From Lentilitoribacter sp. (lineage in GTDB: Bacteria > Pseudomonadota > Alphaproteobacteria > Rhizobiales > Rhizobiaceae), in assembly GCA_039974935.1 (NCBI GenBank), contig JBDWIC010000006.1:93434-157433 (forward strand): a stretch of 64,000 nt of DNA, in the 5' to 3' direction. Position 1 is the first letter of the stretch, and every line of letters starts with the position of its first letter. Below the pieces are notes generated by a model. That model was not told the DNA's origin, ran no database searches, and saw only the letters and a program-made list of their open reading frames with translations. A program made the translations under genes and the position numbers. Below, piece after piece: positions 9,911-22,412 of this stretch.

Positions 9911-11023
9911 ATGGTATCTAAAGATATGAAAACTATTCTGGCGCGTGTTGAACTAGATTTAAAGTCTTGTGCCGCATTGATGATGGATTGCGATATCATT
10001 CAGCCCGCTGAGCCATTTTTAAAAATGGCGGGTGAAGATTTACGCCGCAGAATTTTCCTAACGCAAAATGTTGCGGGCGAAGCTTTGTGTCTCCGTCCTG
10101 AATTTACCATCCCAGTATGTATGGCGCATATCAATGCGGGCGAACAGGCGCCGCAAAGCTATGGCTATATCGGGCAGGTCTTTCGCCAGCGCGATGTCGG
10201 CGTGACAGAATTTTACCAGGCTGGAATTGAAAATCTTGGTGATCCAGAAATTGCCCATACTGACGCGCGAATGATTTCAAATGCTTCGATGTTGGTTCGC
10301 AATTCATCTCAAGTAGATCAAATCCAGATCATTCTAGGTGATCAAGCCGTATTTGCCGATGTGCTATCGGCACTTGGACTACCAACTGGTTGGCAAGATC
10401 GCCTCATACATGCATTTGGTGATGCGCAAGCTTTGGCGACGATGTTGCAAACATTGAGCGCACCAGATCAGCAGTCTTATCCAGATGAGGCAGTAAAAAC
10501 GCTTACAGAAGCTGATGACCATGATGGATTATCTGCCCATCTTGCAGACGTGATGGCAAAAACGGGCTACTCAACAAAAGCTAGCCGCTCGCCAGATGAT
10601 ATCGCGCGCCGGATGCTTGAAAAACAACGTCTTTCTAATACCAAACTGGGTGAAGAGGACTTGGCAAAACTCAAAGCGTTTCTCGATATTAAAGTGCCAC
10701 TGGCTCAAGCGATTGAAACGCTGACAAGTTTTGCGGATCGATCAAAGATTGATCTATCTCATTCACTCAAGACCTTTGCAACGCGTATTGAAGCACTTGA
10801 GCAATCAGGCTTTGATATGTCTTCTACTGTTTATGAAACAGCCTTTGGTCGACCGCTTGATTATTACACGGGTCTTGTTTTTGAGATCAGAAATGCAGAT
10901 AGCGAGCAAGTTTTAGCTGCTGGTGGTCGTTATGATAAGTTGATGGCCTTACTGGGTGCAGCAAACTCAATTCCCGCTGTTGGTTTCTCATTGTGGCTTG
11001 ATCGTTTTGAGGTGAAATCATGA
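9911..11023 (+). CDS. hisZ: ATP phosphoribosyltransferase regulatory subunit HisZ
   Basis: HisRS paralog core (LRPEFT, GGRYD) without an anticodon-binding domain. Overlaps the short-form hisG by 4 nt. Confidence 0.85.
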   Translation: MVSKDMKTILARVELDLKSCAALMMDCDIIQPAEPFLKMAGEDLRRRIFLTQNVAGEALCLRPEFTIPVCMAHINAGEQAPQSYGYIGQVFRQRDVGVTEFYQAGIENLGDPEIAHTDARMISNASMLVRNSSQVDQIQIILGDQAVFADVLSALGLPTGWQDRLIHAFGDAQALATMLQTLSAPDQQSYPDEAVKTLTEADDHDGLSAHLADVMAKTGYSTKASRSPDDIARRMLEKQRLSNTKLGEEDLAKLKAFLDIKVPLAQAIETLTSFADRSKIDLSHSLKTFATRIEALEQSGFDMSSTVYETAFGRPLDYYTGLVFEIRNADSEQVLAAGGRYDKLMALLGAANSIPAVGFSLWLDRFEVKS

Positions 11024-11706
11024 CCATTACTGTTGCACTACCATCCAAAGGGCGTATGAAAGCCGATACTCTTGAAGCTTTTAGATCAGCGGGAATGACA
11101 GTTGAAGCTGTTGGGAACGACCGCTCCTATCATGGTAGAGTGCTTGAGCATGACGATATTGAAATTGCCTTTATGTCGGCAAGTGAAATTGCCAAGGAAA
11201 TGACCAAGGGGTCTATTGATTTTGGAGTTACTGGCGAAGATCTTGTGCGCGAAACAATCGCAGATGTTGATAGCCATGTTGATTTTCACGCGCGCCTTGG
11301 ATTTGGCAATGCTGATGTGATTGTTGCAGTTCCTGAATTTTGGCACGACGTGACAACAATGTCTGATCTGGCTGATGTTGCGATGGGTTTCCGCGCGCGG
11401 CATGGTCGTCAATTATCAATAGCAACGAAATACTGGCAGTTAACGCAGCAGTTTTTCTCATCGCGCCATGGCATTCAGCTTTATCGTATCGTGGAAAGCT
11501 TGGGGGCAACAGAGGGTGCACCTGCTGCTGGTACTGCTGACGTGATCGTAGATATTACAACTACTGGATCAACGTTAAAAGCAAATCACCTTCGTATTCT
11601 GTCCGATGGTTTGATCTTGCGATCTGAAGCCTGCTTAGTTGGCGCAAAAGCATCAGCGCAATACGGATCAGATTTATACAACAAAATAGCAACTGCATTT
11701 AAATAG
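11020..11706 (+). CDS. hisG: ATP phosphoribosyltransferase, short (HisZ-dependent) form
   Basis: 228 aa. Motifs [28 protein letters not shown]. Directly follows hisZ. Confidence 0.9.
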   Translation: MTITVALPSKGRMKADTLEAFRSAGMTVEAVGNDRSYHGRVLEHDDIEIAFMSASEIAKEMTKGSIDFGVTGEDLVRETIADVDSHVDFHARLGFGNADVIVAVPEFWHDVTTMSDLADVAMGFRARHGRQLSIATKYWQLTQQFFSSRHGIQLYRIVESLGATEGAPAAGTADVIVDITTTGSTLKANHLRILSDGLILRSEACLVGAKASAQYGSDLYNKIATAFK

Positions 11707-11961
11707 GCAATTTTTAGTTGGGCAAAAAGAAAGACCGCCTCAATGAGACGGCCTTTCATCAGTTATAAACTGAAAAGTTTGGTTAGCAACGTTCGGGCGC
11801 TGAATTTGCTAACCTTGCAGCCCTGCGGGAGCTACATGCCTGAACGAAAAACTGCGGGTTATTTCGTACTGACATTGTTTTTACGATTGAGCTCCGTAAT
11901 TGGATCAGTTTAGTCTAAGAAAAAATGTCTGAAATAGATTAAAACCACTATCTATATGGTT

Positions 11962-12429
11962 TTACTGAATGAAATTAATCACTTTATCGAGCGGTACATA
12001 TGGGAAAATAAAGATCCCACCGATGGTTCCGCCGCTATCTTCATCTAGATCAGACTCGCCAATACAAAAAACGGGTTGTTGTATACCCAGCTCGCATTCA
12101 AGAACTGTACTGTAAGTAAAGGGAGTTGATTCTGATGTCACAGTTTCAAATATCTGAAGAATGCTTGCTTGATCTTTTTTCTCATAGCATGCGATGACAT
12201 TGGATAGACCACAATTCATCATGTCTACGCCGTGAAGTTTTGATGAGATCGGGCCAAGTCTGATCTGGCCAGTTTCAGTATCAGCTGACCATTCCTCAAT
12301 CTGGCAAAAATGCTCCAGTTGTTTACGGCTAAGTTTTGCCTCCCCAAACGGGGATTGAGCCGCGATGCGGGCTTGTCTTGACATGACTTTAAACACTGGC
12401 ACTACTCTCGAACTGAAACATGGGAACAT
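11962..12429 (-). CDS. Hypothetical protein, possibly a single PAS-like fold
   Basis: The pattern EEWSADTETGQIRLGPISSKLHGV resembles the PAS_3-type W-x-D-x-x-G...G start. No other motifs. The start may be the internal Met at MSRQARI. Orphan gene between hisG and groEL. Confidence 0.45.
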   Translation of the reverse strand: MFPCFSSRVVPVFKVMSRQARIAAQSPFGEAKLSRKQLEHFCQIEEWSADTETGQIRLGPISSKLHGVDMMNCGLSNVIACYEKKDQASILQIFETVTSESTPFTYSTVLECELGIQQPVFCIGESDLDEDSGGTIGGIFIFPYVPLDKVINFIQ

Positions 12430-12654
12430 GTATTCAAAGCCCGATCATTCATAATTTGAATGTAGTATTTTGTCCGATATGAAAAAATACAAAAACCGAG
12501 AGCGGCGTTCATGCCGCAGCCATAAGTTTGCCTATGACGAATACTGCAAGTGTAATAACTAGTATAAAATGATTATTCAAGCGTAATAGATGCTTACGGT
12601 TAATGCTAAATTTTTTGTAAAATTGTCTCATTCTGAAACATTTAGAGATTCTAA

Positions 12655-12684
12655 TAAAAAAAAGAGCGGTTCGAAAACCGCTCT
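12655..12684 (-). terminator. Rho-independent terminator of groESL
   Basis: Minus-strand hairpin gagcggtt-ttcg-aaccgctc followed by T8. It lies 30 nt after the groEL stop. Confidence 0.75.
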
Positions 12685-12712
12685 CTCAGTAATCCGTTAT
12701 GGATGGAATGAC

Positions 12713-14383
<1,671 letters not shown>

Positions 14384-14443
14384 TCAATTTTTATGGGAAG
14401 GGCCCTAGATTTAACTAAATTATTTGATTGGTTATCTAAAGGC

Positions 14444-14740
14444 TTAGCCCAAGATACCCATGATGTCAGATTCTTTCATGATCAAAAGCTCTTCACCACC
14501 AAGTGAAACTTCTGTGCCTGACCATTTGCCAAACAACACTTTGTCGCCAGCTTTAACTTCAAGAGCAACAATTGCACCTTTGTCGTCACGTGCGCCTGCG
14601 CCAACTGCAACAACTTCACCTTCAGATGGTTTTTCTTTTGCTGTATCTGGTATGATAATACCGCCAGCAGTCTTTTCTTCTGACTCAACGCGGCGTACAA
14701 CAACGCGGTCGCCTAGTGGACGGAAATCTGTATTTGCCAT
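14444..14740 (-). CDS. groES: Co-chaperonin GroES
   Basis: 98 aa. [12 protein letters not shown]...[13 protein letters not shown] mobile loop. Upstream of groEL. Confidence 0.97.
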   Translation of the reverse strand: MANTDFRPLGDRVVVRRVESEEKTAGGIIIPDTAKEKPSEGEVVAVGAGARDDKGAIVALEVKAGDKVLFGKWSGTEVSLGGEELLIMKESDIMGILG

Positions 14741-14802
14741 TTTTTTTAACCTAATCTCTCATTACTGGAGTGGACTATAATATTCCAAAAATTATTGGGT
14801 TG

Positions 14803-14829
14803 TTAGCACTCGCTTAAGGAGAGTGCTAA
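14803..14829 (-). promoter_or_regulatory. CIRCE operator (HrcA binding site) in the groES leader
   Basis: Perfect match to TTAGCACTC-N9-GAGTGCTAA: ttagcactc gcttaagga gagtgctaa. It lies 63 nt upstream of the groES ATG. Confidence 0.9.
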
Positions 14830-14837
14830 GCGATGTT

Positions 14838-14867
14838 GATCTAGTGTCTGATGAGGGTAATGTCAAG
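14838..14867 (-). promoter_or_regulatory. Candidate groESL promoter
   Basis: Minus strand reads CTTGACA - 17 nt - TAGATC immediately upstream of CIRCE. The -35 is excellent and the -10 is weak; it could serve sigma70 or sigma32. Confidence 0.35.
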
Positions 14868-14944
14868 ATAATGAGATGAATCTTTCCCTATAAAATTCAT
14901 AAAACCCATCGGGTGAAACGTCATTTCAAATTATGAGGTGCAAG

Positions 14945-15724
14945 ATGAGACGATTAAACGATAAAATTTGTGTTGTAACGGGTGCGGCCCAAGGAATTGG
15001 TAAAGCCATTGCGGAACAGTTTGCCTTTGAAGGCGCGCGTGTTGTGTTAACGGATAAGAATATTGTGTTGGGTGAAAAAGTAGCCCAAGAGCTCAAATGT
15101 GAGTTTGTAAGGCTTGATGTTTCAGTAGAGCAAGACTGGTCTGATTTTGCGGGAAAATTTGATGAGATTGATGTGCTTGTAAACAATGCGGGCATCACCG
15201 GATTTGAAGATGGATTTAAAGCTCATGACCCTGAACATGCAAGTTTGCAAGATTGGCAGGATGTGCATGCGACCAACTTAAATGGCACCTTTTTGGGGTG
15301 TCGGTATGGAATTGGCGCCATGAAAAATAAAGGCACAGGTTCTATAATCAATATGTCGTCTAGATCGGGTTTGGTTGGCATTCCAGGTGCCGCCGCCTAT
15401 GCGTCGTCAAAAGCTGCAATACGCAATCATACAAAAACAGTTGCTTTATATTGCGCTCAGATAAAAACAAATATCAGATGTAATTCCATTCATCCTGCCG
15501 CTGTTTTAACGCCAATTTGGGAGCCGATGTTGGGGGAGGGGGAAGATCGCCAAAAAAATATGGATGCATTGGTGGCAGATACCCCGCTAAAACGTTTTGC
15601 AATGCCTGAAGAAGTTGCGGCTATGGCCGTTTATCTAGCCAGTGATGATGCGTCATATGTGACGGGTTCTGAATTTAATATTGATGGTGGATTACTAGCA
15701 GGCAGCGCAGCAACGCCAGGGTAA
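14945..15724 (+). CDS. SDR-family oxidoreductase (classical short-chain dehydrogenase)
   Basis: TGAAQGIGKA cofactor motif, NNAG, S...YASSKAA catalytic motif. An alternative ATG lies at 14933. Confidence 0.85.
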   Translation: MRRLNDKICVVTGAAQGIGKAIAEQFAFEGARVVLTDKNIVLGEKVAQELKCEFVRLDVSVEQDWSDFAGKFDEIDVLVNNAGITGFEDGFKAHDPEHASLQDWQDVHATNLNGTFLGCRYGIGAMKNKGTGSIINMSSRSGLVGIPGAAAYASSKAAIRNHTKTVALYCAQIKTNIRCNSIHPAAVLTPIWEPMLGEGEDRQKNMDALVADTPLKRFAMPEEVAAMAVYLASDDASYVTGSEFNIDGGLLAGSAATPG

Positions 15725-15868
15725 AGATCAGTGGCAACATCGGGGTAAAGACAATTTGATCCTTTCCAAGAGCTCATTTCGTCTTAATTATGATCTTTCT
15801 GCTTGAGTTTATCTTCAGCTTGCTTCAAGACATGGCTTCTATTTTCTTATGATATTGGAGACAGGCTT

Positions 15869-16726
15869 TTGCTTAAAAAACTGGATAATCTTGATGGTTT
15901 GCATGACAATTATGATGTCATACTAAGCGATGTTTGGGGTGTTCTGCATAATGGTGAATCCCCTTATCAAAATGCCTATGAAGCCTTAAAGCGTGCTCGA
16001 GAAGCTGGCAAAACTGTCGTTTTGATCACAAACTCACCCCGTCGCAAGCAAGGTGTTGTCTCTCAGCTAGATATGCTGGGCATTAAATCTGATTGCTATA
16101 ATGATATTATCACATCAGGCGAGTTAACGCGTAAATTGATAAAAGAAGCGCCTAAAAAGGTGTTTTTCTTAGGTCCCGATCGCGATTTACAGTTGCTCGA
16201 TGGTTTGGATGTTGAACGTCTTGATCAAGATGAAGCCCAATCTATCGTCTGCACCGGGTTCTTTGATGATGAAGTTGAAAAGCCTGAAGACTATACAGAT
16301 ATGTTGCAAGCTTTTGTGGCACGTGGAATTCCATTTATTTGCGCAAACCCAGATCTAATTGTAGAGCGCGGTGAGCGTATGATCCCGTGCGCAGGTGCAA
16401 TCGCTGCTCTATATAAGCAAATGGGTGGTGAGGTTTTTGTTGCAGGTAAACCGCATAAGCCAATGTACAAAGCAGCGCTGGATATTGCCAAGGAGGTTCG
16501 AGGAGATATCGATCCAACTCGTATTATCGCTATTGGCGATGGGATGCCGACTGATGTGCGCGGCGCAGTAAATTATGGATTAGATCTGTTATTTGTCGCC
16601 CATGGTATCCATATCAACCAATATAAGAGTACCGATGCTCCCGGTGGTATCGATGATTTTAAATTGTCAGGCTTCCTTGCAAAGGAAGGTGTGCGTCCAA
16701 ACTATTGGATGGAATGGGTAAAATAA
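15869..16726 (+). CDS. HAD-superfamily hydrolase, subfamily IIA (the type found next to ribF in alphaproteobacteria)
   Basis: Motif I LSDVWGVLHNG, ITNSPR, and C-terminal GDGMPTDVRGA. The stop abuts the ribF start. The ORF opens at 15803; the TTG at 15869 after GGAGA gives a typical ~285-aa length, but the start is uncertain. Confidence 0.75.
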   Translation: MLKKLDNLDGLHDNYDVILSDVWGVLHNGESPYQNAYEALKRAREAGKTVVLITNSPRRKQGVVSQLDMLGIKSDCYNDIITSGELTRKLIKEAPKKVFFLGPDRDLQLLDGLDVERLDQDEAQSIVCTGFFDDEVEKPEDYTDMLQAFVARGIPFICANPDLIVERGERMIPCAGAIAALYKQMGGEVFVAGKPHKPMYKAALDIAKEVRGDIDPTRIIAIGDGMPTDVRGAVNYGLDLLFVAHGIHINQYKSTDAPGGIDDFKLSGFLAKEGVRPNYWMEWVK

Positions 16727-17725
16727 TTGAGTGCGGGCAGATTAAATATTATTCGCGTTCAAGGCGGGCAAACGTTAAGCAATGATCTGCGTGGCGGGGT
16801 TGTTGCCATCGGTAATTTCGACGGTGTGCATCGTGGGCACCAGTCTGTTTTAGAACGCGCTTTGGAAATTGCCAGCGAAAACAATATTCCTGCACTTGTT
16901 ATGACGTTTGAACCGCATCCTCGTGCGGTATTTACACCTGACAATGCTCCCTTTCGAATTTCTCCAGCGCCGATGAAAGCTGCGTTGCTGGAAAAACTTG
17001 GGTTTAATGCGGTTGTTGAGCAGGCTTTTGATAAGAATTTTGCAAGTAATTCAGCTGAAGACTTTATCAGTAAAATTCTAGTCAGCCAATTTGGTGTTTC
17101 TCATGTCGTTACCGGGTTTGATTTTCATTTTGGCAAAGGTCGAGAAGGTGGCCCGGCATTTTTAATGGCCGCGGGTGAAGAGCGTGGGTTTGGTGTCACT
17201 TTGGTCGATGCGTTTAGAGATGAAAATGCTGATGTCATTTCTTCAAGCAGAATTCGAGAGCTGCTTACCCAAGGCGCGTTAGGTGAGGCAAATGCCTTGC
17301 TCGGTTATCGTTTTACTGTTGAAGGCAAGATCATCAAGGGACGCCAACTGGGCCGAGAATTGGGTTATCCCACCGCTAACATGGTTTTGCATCAGGATAA
17401 TGGGCTTAAATCTGGGATTTATGCAGTTAAATTCAGGGATGGAAAAGGCAAACTCCGTGACGGCGTTGCAAGCTTTGGCGTACGCCCAACGGTCGAGGAT
17501 GATGGTGCGCCCATTTTAGAGACATTTGTGTTCGATTATACAGGTGATCTATACGACCAAAATTGTCAGGTACATCTGGTGTCTTACCTGCGAGGTGAGC
17601 AAAAATTTGATGATCTCGATGCACTTGTTGTGCAGATGAAATTAGATGATGCGGAAGCTCGAGAAGTTCTAATGCATTCAAAGCCGATCAGCTCATTAGA
17701 TAAATCGGTGTGTTTTGATGACTAA
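16727..17725 (+). CDS. ribF: Bifunctional riboflavin kinase / FMN adenylyltransferase
   Basis: GNFDGVHRGHQ nucleotidyltransferase motif. C-terminal riboflavin kinase domain (GRQLGRELGYPTANM, GVRPT). Confidence 0.92.
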   Translation: MSAGRLNIIRVQGGQTLSNDLRGGVVAIGNFDGVHRGHQSVLERALEIASENNIPALVMTFEPHPRAVFTPDNAPFRISPAPMKAALLEKLGFNAVVEQAFDKNFASNSAEDFISKILVSQFGVSHVVTGFDFHFGKGREGGPAFLMAAGEERGFGVTLVDAFRDENADVISSSRIRELLTQGALGEANALLGYRFTVEGKIIKGRQLGRELGYPTANMVLHQDNGLKSGIYAVKFRDGKGKLRDGVASFGVRPTVEDDGAPILETFVFDYTGDLYDQNCQVHLVSYLRGEQKFDDLDALVVQMKLDDAEAREVLMHSKPISSLDKSVCFDD

Positions 17726-18437
17726 TAGTAAGAAGTCGCTTACATTGTTGACGGGTGCAACATCGGGTATTGGTCTGGAATTGGCAAAACGCTTGGTTTT
17801 GACAGATCATTTGGTGGTTATTGGCCGAAAACCCGAAAGCGAAGTTCATGCGCTTATATCGGATAAAATTCAATATATTCAAACGGATATATCAAATCCT
17901 AAGCAAGCAACCGAGGCTGTTGTTTCCAGTTTGAATGATATGCAGGTTGAAAAGATAGATCGTGTTATTCATTGCGCAGGCACTGGGGTTTACACTTCAC
18001 CTGAGCAAGAGACACTTGAGCAGATTGATCTTAATGTAAGTGTTAACTTACTATTCCCAGTTCTGTTAACCAGAGCGTTAGTGCCGCAAATTGAAGCTGC
18101 AAAGGGAAAAGTCGTGTTAATCGGGTCTGTTGCCCATAAAGGTTCACCGAATATGGCTTCCTATGCTGCATCCAAAGCAGGGCTCGCAGGTTTTGCAAGA
18201 TCGCTGGAGGCTGAATGGCGTGGTCGGATTGATGTGCAGGTTATTCACCCCGGCCCAACACTTACACCAATGCTTGAAAAGGCAGGTTACACAGTGGGAA
18301 TGGAGCGACACATTTTCTTATCCCCACCTGTTATGGCAGAAGCAGTTTTAAAGGCTATCCAATCCGGCAAAAAGTCTGCGACCATATTCCTAGGTGCAAA
18401 GATCAAAAGCCTGTTATTCAGAAAGAAAAACGCATGA
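17718..18437 (+). CDS. SDR-family oxidoreductase
   Basis: TGATSGIGLELA, S...YAASKAG. ATG at 17718 overlaps the ribF stop by 8 nt. Confidence 0.8.
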   Translation: MTNSKKSLTLLTGATSGIGLELAKRLVLTDHLVVIGRKPESEVHALISDKIQYIQTDISNPKQATEAVVSSLNDMQVEKIDRVIHCAGTGVYTSPEQETLEQIDLNVSVNLLFPVLLTRALVPQIEAAKGKVVLIGSVAHKGSPNMASYAASKAGLAGFARSLEAEWRGRIDVQVIHPGPTLTPMLEKAGYTVGMERHIFLSPPVMAEAVLKAIQSGKKSATIFLGAKIKSLLFRKKNA

Positions 18438-19204
18438 AGGCTTGGAAACACGCACTTGTTACCGGAGCAGGGCAAGGGATTGGTAAAGCACTATGTCTGC
18501 GATTATTGGATGAAGGTGTAAACGTTACGTCAATCGATCGAGATTCAATAAATTGGACGCATAAAAATAAAGATAAGTTATTGAATCATATGCAGATTGA
18601 TTTAATTAACTTGAATTCAGTTAACAATGTGGTTTCTAATATCAAATCATCTGAGAAGTTTGATTTGGTTATTCACAATGCTGGTATTTCAGCAACAGGA
18701 AAATTTGAAGACATTGATCCAAAAGCTTATGAGAATGTGCTTAAGCTCAATACAACGGTGCCGATGCAATTAAGCGCTACCCTGATGCAAAGTGGGCTTT
18801 TTGCCAATAATGCAAACCTTGCGTTTATCTCATCTTTATCACATGCAACGGGATATCCTGGCGCAGCAGTTTATGGCGCAAGTAAAGATGCGATAGCAAT
18901 TTACGCCAAAAGCATCCGCAAACCATTTGCAAAAAAAGGTGTCTCTGTCTTGTCGGTCTTCCCAGGCCCTGTGCGCACAGATCATGCCGAACGCCATGCC
19001 CCTGAAGGTGCTGATGCCTCCAAACGTATGCTACCTGATGAACTTGCATCTAGAATACTAATGGCAGCGTCATCAGACAAGAAAACCTTATACCCGGGAG
19101 CAGCGGCGCATTCAGCACGAATTTTGGGAAAAATTGCACCAAATTTGATGATCAATATGATGCGCAAGATCATTTACGATAAGCTTGATCGCCCTGTTTG
19201 GTGA
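18434..19204 (+). CDS. SDR-family oxidoreductase
   Basis: TGAGQGIGKAL, NAGI, S...YGASKDA. ATGA overlap with the preceding SDR gene. Confidence 0.8.
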   Translation: MKAWKHALVTGAGQGIGKALCLRLLDEGVNVTSIDRDSINWTHKNKDKLLNHMQIDLINLNSVNNVVSNIKSSEKFDLVIHNAGISATGKFEDIDPKAYENVLKLNTTVPMQLSATLMQSGLFANNANLAFISSLSHATGYPGAAVYGASKDAIAIYAKSIRKPFAKKGVSVLSVFPGPVRTDHAERHAPEGADASKRMLPDELASRILMAASSDKKTLYPGAAAHSARILGKIAPNLMINMMRKIIYDKLDRPVW

Positions 19205-19466
19205 AGATAACTGACAATAAGTCTTTTCTTGTTGATCAAAAACATTTAAGAAGCGCTCACAAATCCCCCGCGATTAAGCGAAGCTAAGAGAGATCTATTT
19301 TGCTGTCTATGTTACCAGGTTTGAGCATTCGAATATTTCGAATTACTAGCCCGGCCTCCGTCTAGAACGATCTGGAGTCCCGGGATAAGGGCGTTGCAAA
19401 CGCTATTCTCATTTCAATTTAAGCAACAATTACGTTTAAAAACGTGTCGATTATAAAGCCGATAAA

Positions 19467-22403
19467 ATGACTGAAGAAACATTCGATTATTCAAAAACAT
19501 TAAATTTACCAAAAACAGATTTCCCAATGCGTGCAGGTCTGCCAAAGGCAGAACCCAATTGGATCGCAAAATGGGATGAGATGAAGCTATACAAAAAGCT
19601 TCGCGAACAATCCAAAGGCCGTCCAAAATACGTCCTGCACGATGGCCCTCCATATGCAAATGGTAACTTGCACATCGGACATGCACTCAACAAAATCCTG
19701 AAAGACATGATCACGCGTTCATTTCAGATGCGTGGTTATGATTCAAACTATGTGCCTGGTTGGGATTGCCACGGCCTTCCAATTGAGTGGAAAATCGAAG
19801 AGCAATATCGCGCCAAGGGTAAAGATAAAGATGAAGTGCCGATCAATGAATTTCGTAAGGAATGTCGCGATTTTGCTGATCATTGGATTGGTGTTCAAAC
19901 TGAAGAATTTCGTCGCTTAGGTGTCGAAGGTGATTTTGTAACGCCCTATAAAACGATGAATTTTCCTGCGGAAGCGAAAATTGCCTCAGAATTGATGAAG
20001 TTTGCTAAGTCTGGTCAACTTTACCGTGGTTCAAAACCAATCATGTGGTCTGTTGTTGAACGCACTGCTTTGGCAGAAGCTGAGATCGAATATGAAATGT
20101 ACGAATCTGATACGATCTGGGCAAAGTTCCCAATCATTGATGGTGCAGGTGATCTTGCTGATGCATCAGTTGTTATCTGGACAACAACACCTTGGACAAT
20201 TCCTGGTAACCGTGCAATCTGCTATTCATCCAAGATCAATTACGGTCTTTACGAAGTAACCAGCGCTGAAATGGAATTCGGTCCGCAAGCTGGTGACAAA
20301 CTCGTCTTCGCTGATGCTTTGGCTGAAGGGTGTGCGGAAAAAGCTAAAGTTGAGTTCAAGCGTGTTCGCGATGTAACTGCAAAAGAATTTGCATCAATGG
20401 CCTGTGCGCACCCATTGCGTGGTTTCAATGATGCCTATGGCTTTAATGTACCGTTACTTGATGGTGATCATGTGTCTGATGACGCAGGTACTGGTTTTGT
20501 GCACACAGCACCTGGTCATGGTCGTGATGACTTTGAAATCTGGGTTGCACGCCGTAATGAAATTGAAGCGCAAGGTATTTCATCTGAAATCCCGTTTACC
20601 GTTGCAGATGATGGATCTTACACTGATGAAGCTCCGGGCTTTGGTGATGTGCGCGTAATCGATGACAAGGGTAAAAAAGGTAAAGCCAACCAGGCCGTAA
20701 TCACTGCATTGATTGGTGAAAATAACCTATTTTCCCGTGGTCGGGTCAAGCACGAATATCCGCATTCATGGCGTTCAAAAAAACCAATCATCTTCCGCAA
20801 CACACCACAATGGTTTGTTTACATGGATAAAGATGGTGTGATCGGCGATGGCACGCAGTCAAACGCAGGTACGCTACGCCAAACATCATTGGCAGCGATT
20901 GATGAAACGCGCTTTGTACCAGCTGCTGGGCAAAACCGTTTGCGCGCCATGATCGAGCAACGTCCTGATTGGGTTTTATCTCGCCAACGTGCTTGGGGGG
21001 TTCCAATCAGTGTGTTTAGAAACACTGAAACCAATCAAGTTATCCCTGGCCCAGAATTTGATAAATCAGATGAGCTATCAGACCGCATTCAAAGTGCGTT
21101 CCGCGAAGAAGGTGCCGATGCATGGTTTGCAGATGGCGCTAAAGAGCGCTTCTTAGATGGCATGGTCGATAACCTTGATGAATGGGAACAAGTCCGCGAT
21201 ATCTTGGATGTGTGGTTCGATTCAGGTTCAACACATTCTTTCTGTTTGGAAGAACGCGATGATCTAAAATGGCCGGCAGATTTATATCTTGAAGGTTCAG
21301 ATCAGCACCGTGGCTGGTTCCATTCATCCTTGCTAGAGAGTTGCGGAACACGCGGCCGCGCGCCTTATGATGCTGTATTAACCCACGGCTTCGTAATGGC
21401 TGAAGATGGGCGCAAAATGTCCAAATCTTTGGGCAATGTTGTTACACCTCAGGAAGTTATCAAACAGTCAGGCGCTGATATCCTGCGCTTGTGGGTGTCA
21501 TCTGCAGATTATGCAGAGGATTTGCGTATTGGTCCTGAGATCTTAAAAACATCAATCGATGCTTATCGTAAGATGCGTAATACATTGCGCTGGATGCTCG
21601 GAACTTTGGCGCATTACGAGGGTGAAGAAGTTGCTTATTCTGATTTGCCAGAACTTGAGCGTTCAATGCTTCACCGTTTGGCGGAACTCGATGAAGTTGT
21701 TCGCGATGGTTATGATGAATTTGATTTCAAACGAATTTTCTCAAACCTATCAAACTTCATGAACCTTGAGCTTTCAGCATTCTATTTCGATATCCGAAAA
21801 GATACGCTGTATTGTGAAGGCCCATCAAGCCATGAGCGTAAAGCCGCACTACAAACAATTTCCAAGATCTTTGATTGTTTGGTCACGTGGATGGCGCCGA
21901 TGTTGCCGTTTACCATGGAAGAAAGCTGGTTATCTCGTTATCCTGATGCGGTTTCTGTTCACATGGAGCAATTTGCAGAGATTGATGCGTCATGGATCGA
22001 TGCAGAATTGGCAAGTAAATGGCAGAAAGTGAAAACAGTTCGTCGTGTGGTTACGGGTGCTTTAGAAATCGAACGCCGTGAAAAACGCATTGGATCATCA
22101 CTTGAAGCTGCGCCAGTGGTCTATATCGATGATGCTGAATTGTTAGATGTTGTATCAGGTATGAAGTTTGAAGATATCTGCATCACCTCAGCGATTGAGA
22201 TCAAATCCGGTCAATCCCCATCAGGTGCGTTTAAACTTGATGATACGCCTTCAATCGGTGTTGTACCTGAAATGGCCGAGGGACAAAAATGTGCACGTTC
22301 CTGGCGTGTAACCAAAGATGTCGGCTCTGACCCAGAATTTCCTGATGTGTCAGCCCGTGATGCTGCAGCGCTCCAGGAATTAAAGGCAATGGGGCGTTTA
22401 TAA
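19467..22403 (+). CDS. ileS: Isoleucine--tRNA ligase
   Basis: 978 aa. HIGH motif ([12 protein letters not shown]), KMSKS motif ([10 protein letters not shown]), CP1 editing domain. Confidence 0.97.
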   Translation: MTEETFDYSKTLNLPKTDFPMRAGLPKAEPNWIAKWDEMKLYKKLREQSKGRPKYVLHDGPPYANGNLHIGHALNKILKDMITRSFQMRGYDSNYVPGWDCHGLPIEWKIEEQYRAKGKDKDEVPINEFRKECRDFADHWIGVQTEEFRRLGVEGDFVTPYKTMNFPAEAKIASELMKFAKSGQLYRGSKPIMWSVVERTALAEAEIEYEMYESDTIWAKFPIIDGAGDLADASVVIWTTTPWTIPGNRAICYSSKINYGLYEVTSAEMEFGPQAGDKLVFADALAEGCAEKAKVEFKRVRDVTAKEFASMACAHPLRGFNDAYGFNVPLLDGDHVSDDAGTGFVHTAPGHGRDDFEIWVARRNEIEAQGISSEIPFTVADDGSYTDEAPGFGDVRVIDDKGKKGKANQAVITALIGENNLFSRGRVKHEYPHSWRSKKPIIFRNTPQWFVYMDKDGVIGDGTQSNAGTLRQTSLAAIDETRFVPAAGQNRLRAMIEQRPDWVLSRQRAWGVPISVFRNTETNQVIPGPEFDKSDELSDRIQSAFREEGADAWFADGAKERFLDGMVDNLDEWEQVRDILDVWFDSGSTHSFCLEERDDLKWPADLYLEGSDQHRGWFHSSLLESCGTRGRAPYDAVLTHGFVMAEDGRKMSKSLGNVVTPQEVIKQSGADILRLWVSSADYAEDLRIGPEILKTSIDAYRKMRNTLRWMLGTLAHYEGEEVAYSDLPELERSMLHRLAELDEVVRDGYDEFDFKRIFSNLSNFMNLELSAFYFDIRKDTLYCEGPSSHERKAALQTISKIFDCLVTWMAPMLPFTMEESWLSRYPDAVSVHMEQFAEIDASWIDAELASKWQKVKTVRRVVTGALEIERREKRIGSSLEAAPVVYIDDAELLDVVSGMKFEDICITSAIEIKSGQSPSGAFKLDDTPSIGVVPEMAEGQKCARSWRVTKDVGSDPEFPDVSARDAAALQELKAMGRL

Positions 22404-22412
22404 TACAGATTG

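Noticed and set aside
12664-12683. GGTTCGAA-like string reminiscent of a tRNA T-arm
   Set aside because: It is the stem-loop of the groEL terminator (gagcggtt/aaccgctc followed by a T-run). No acceptor, D or anticodon arms can be drawn around it.
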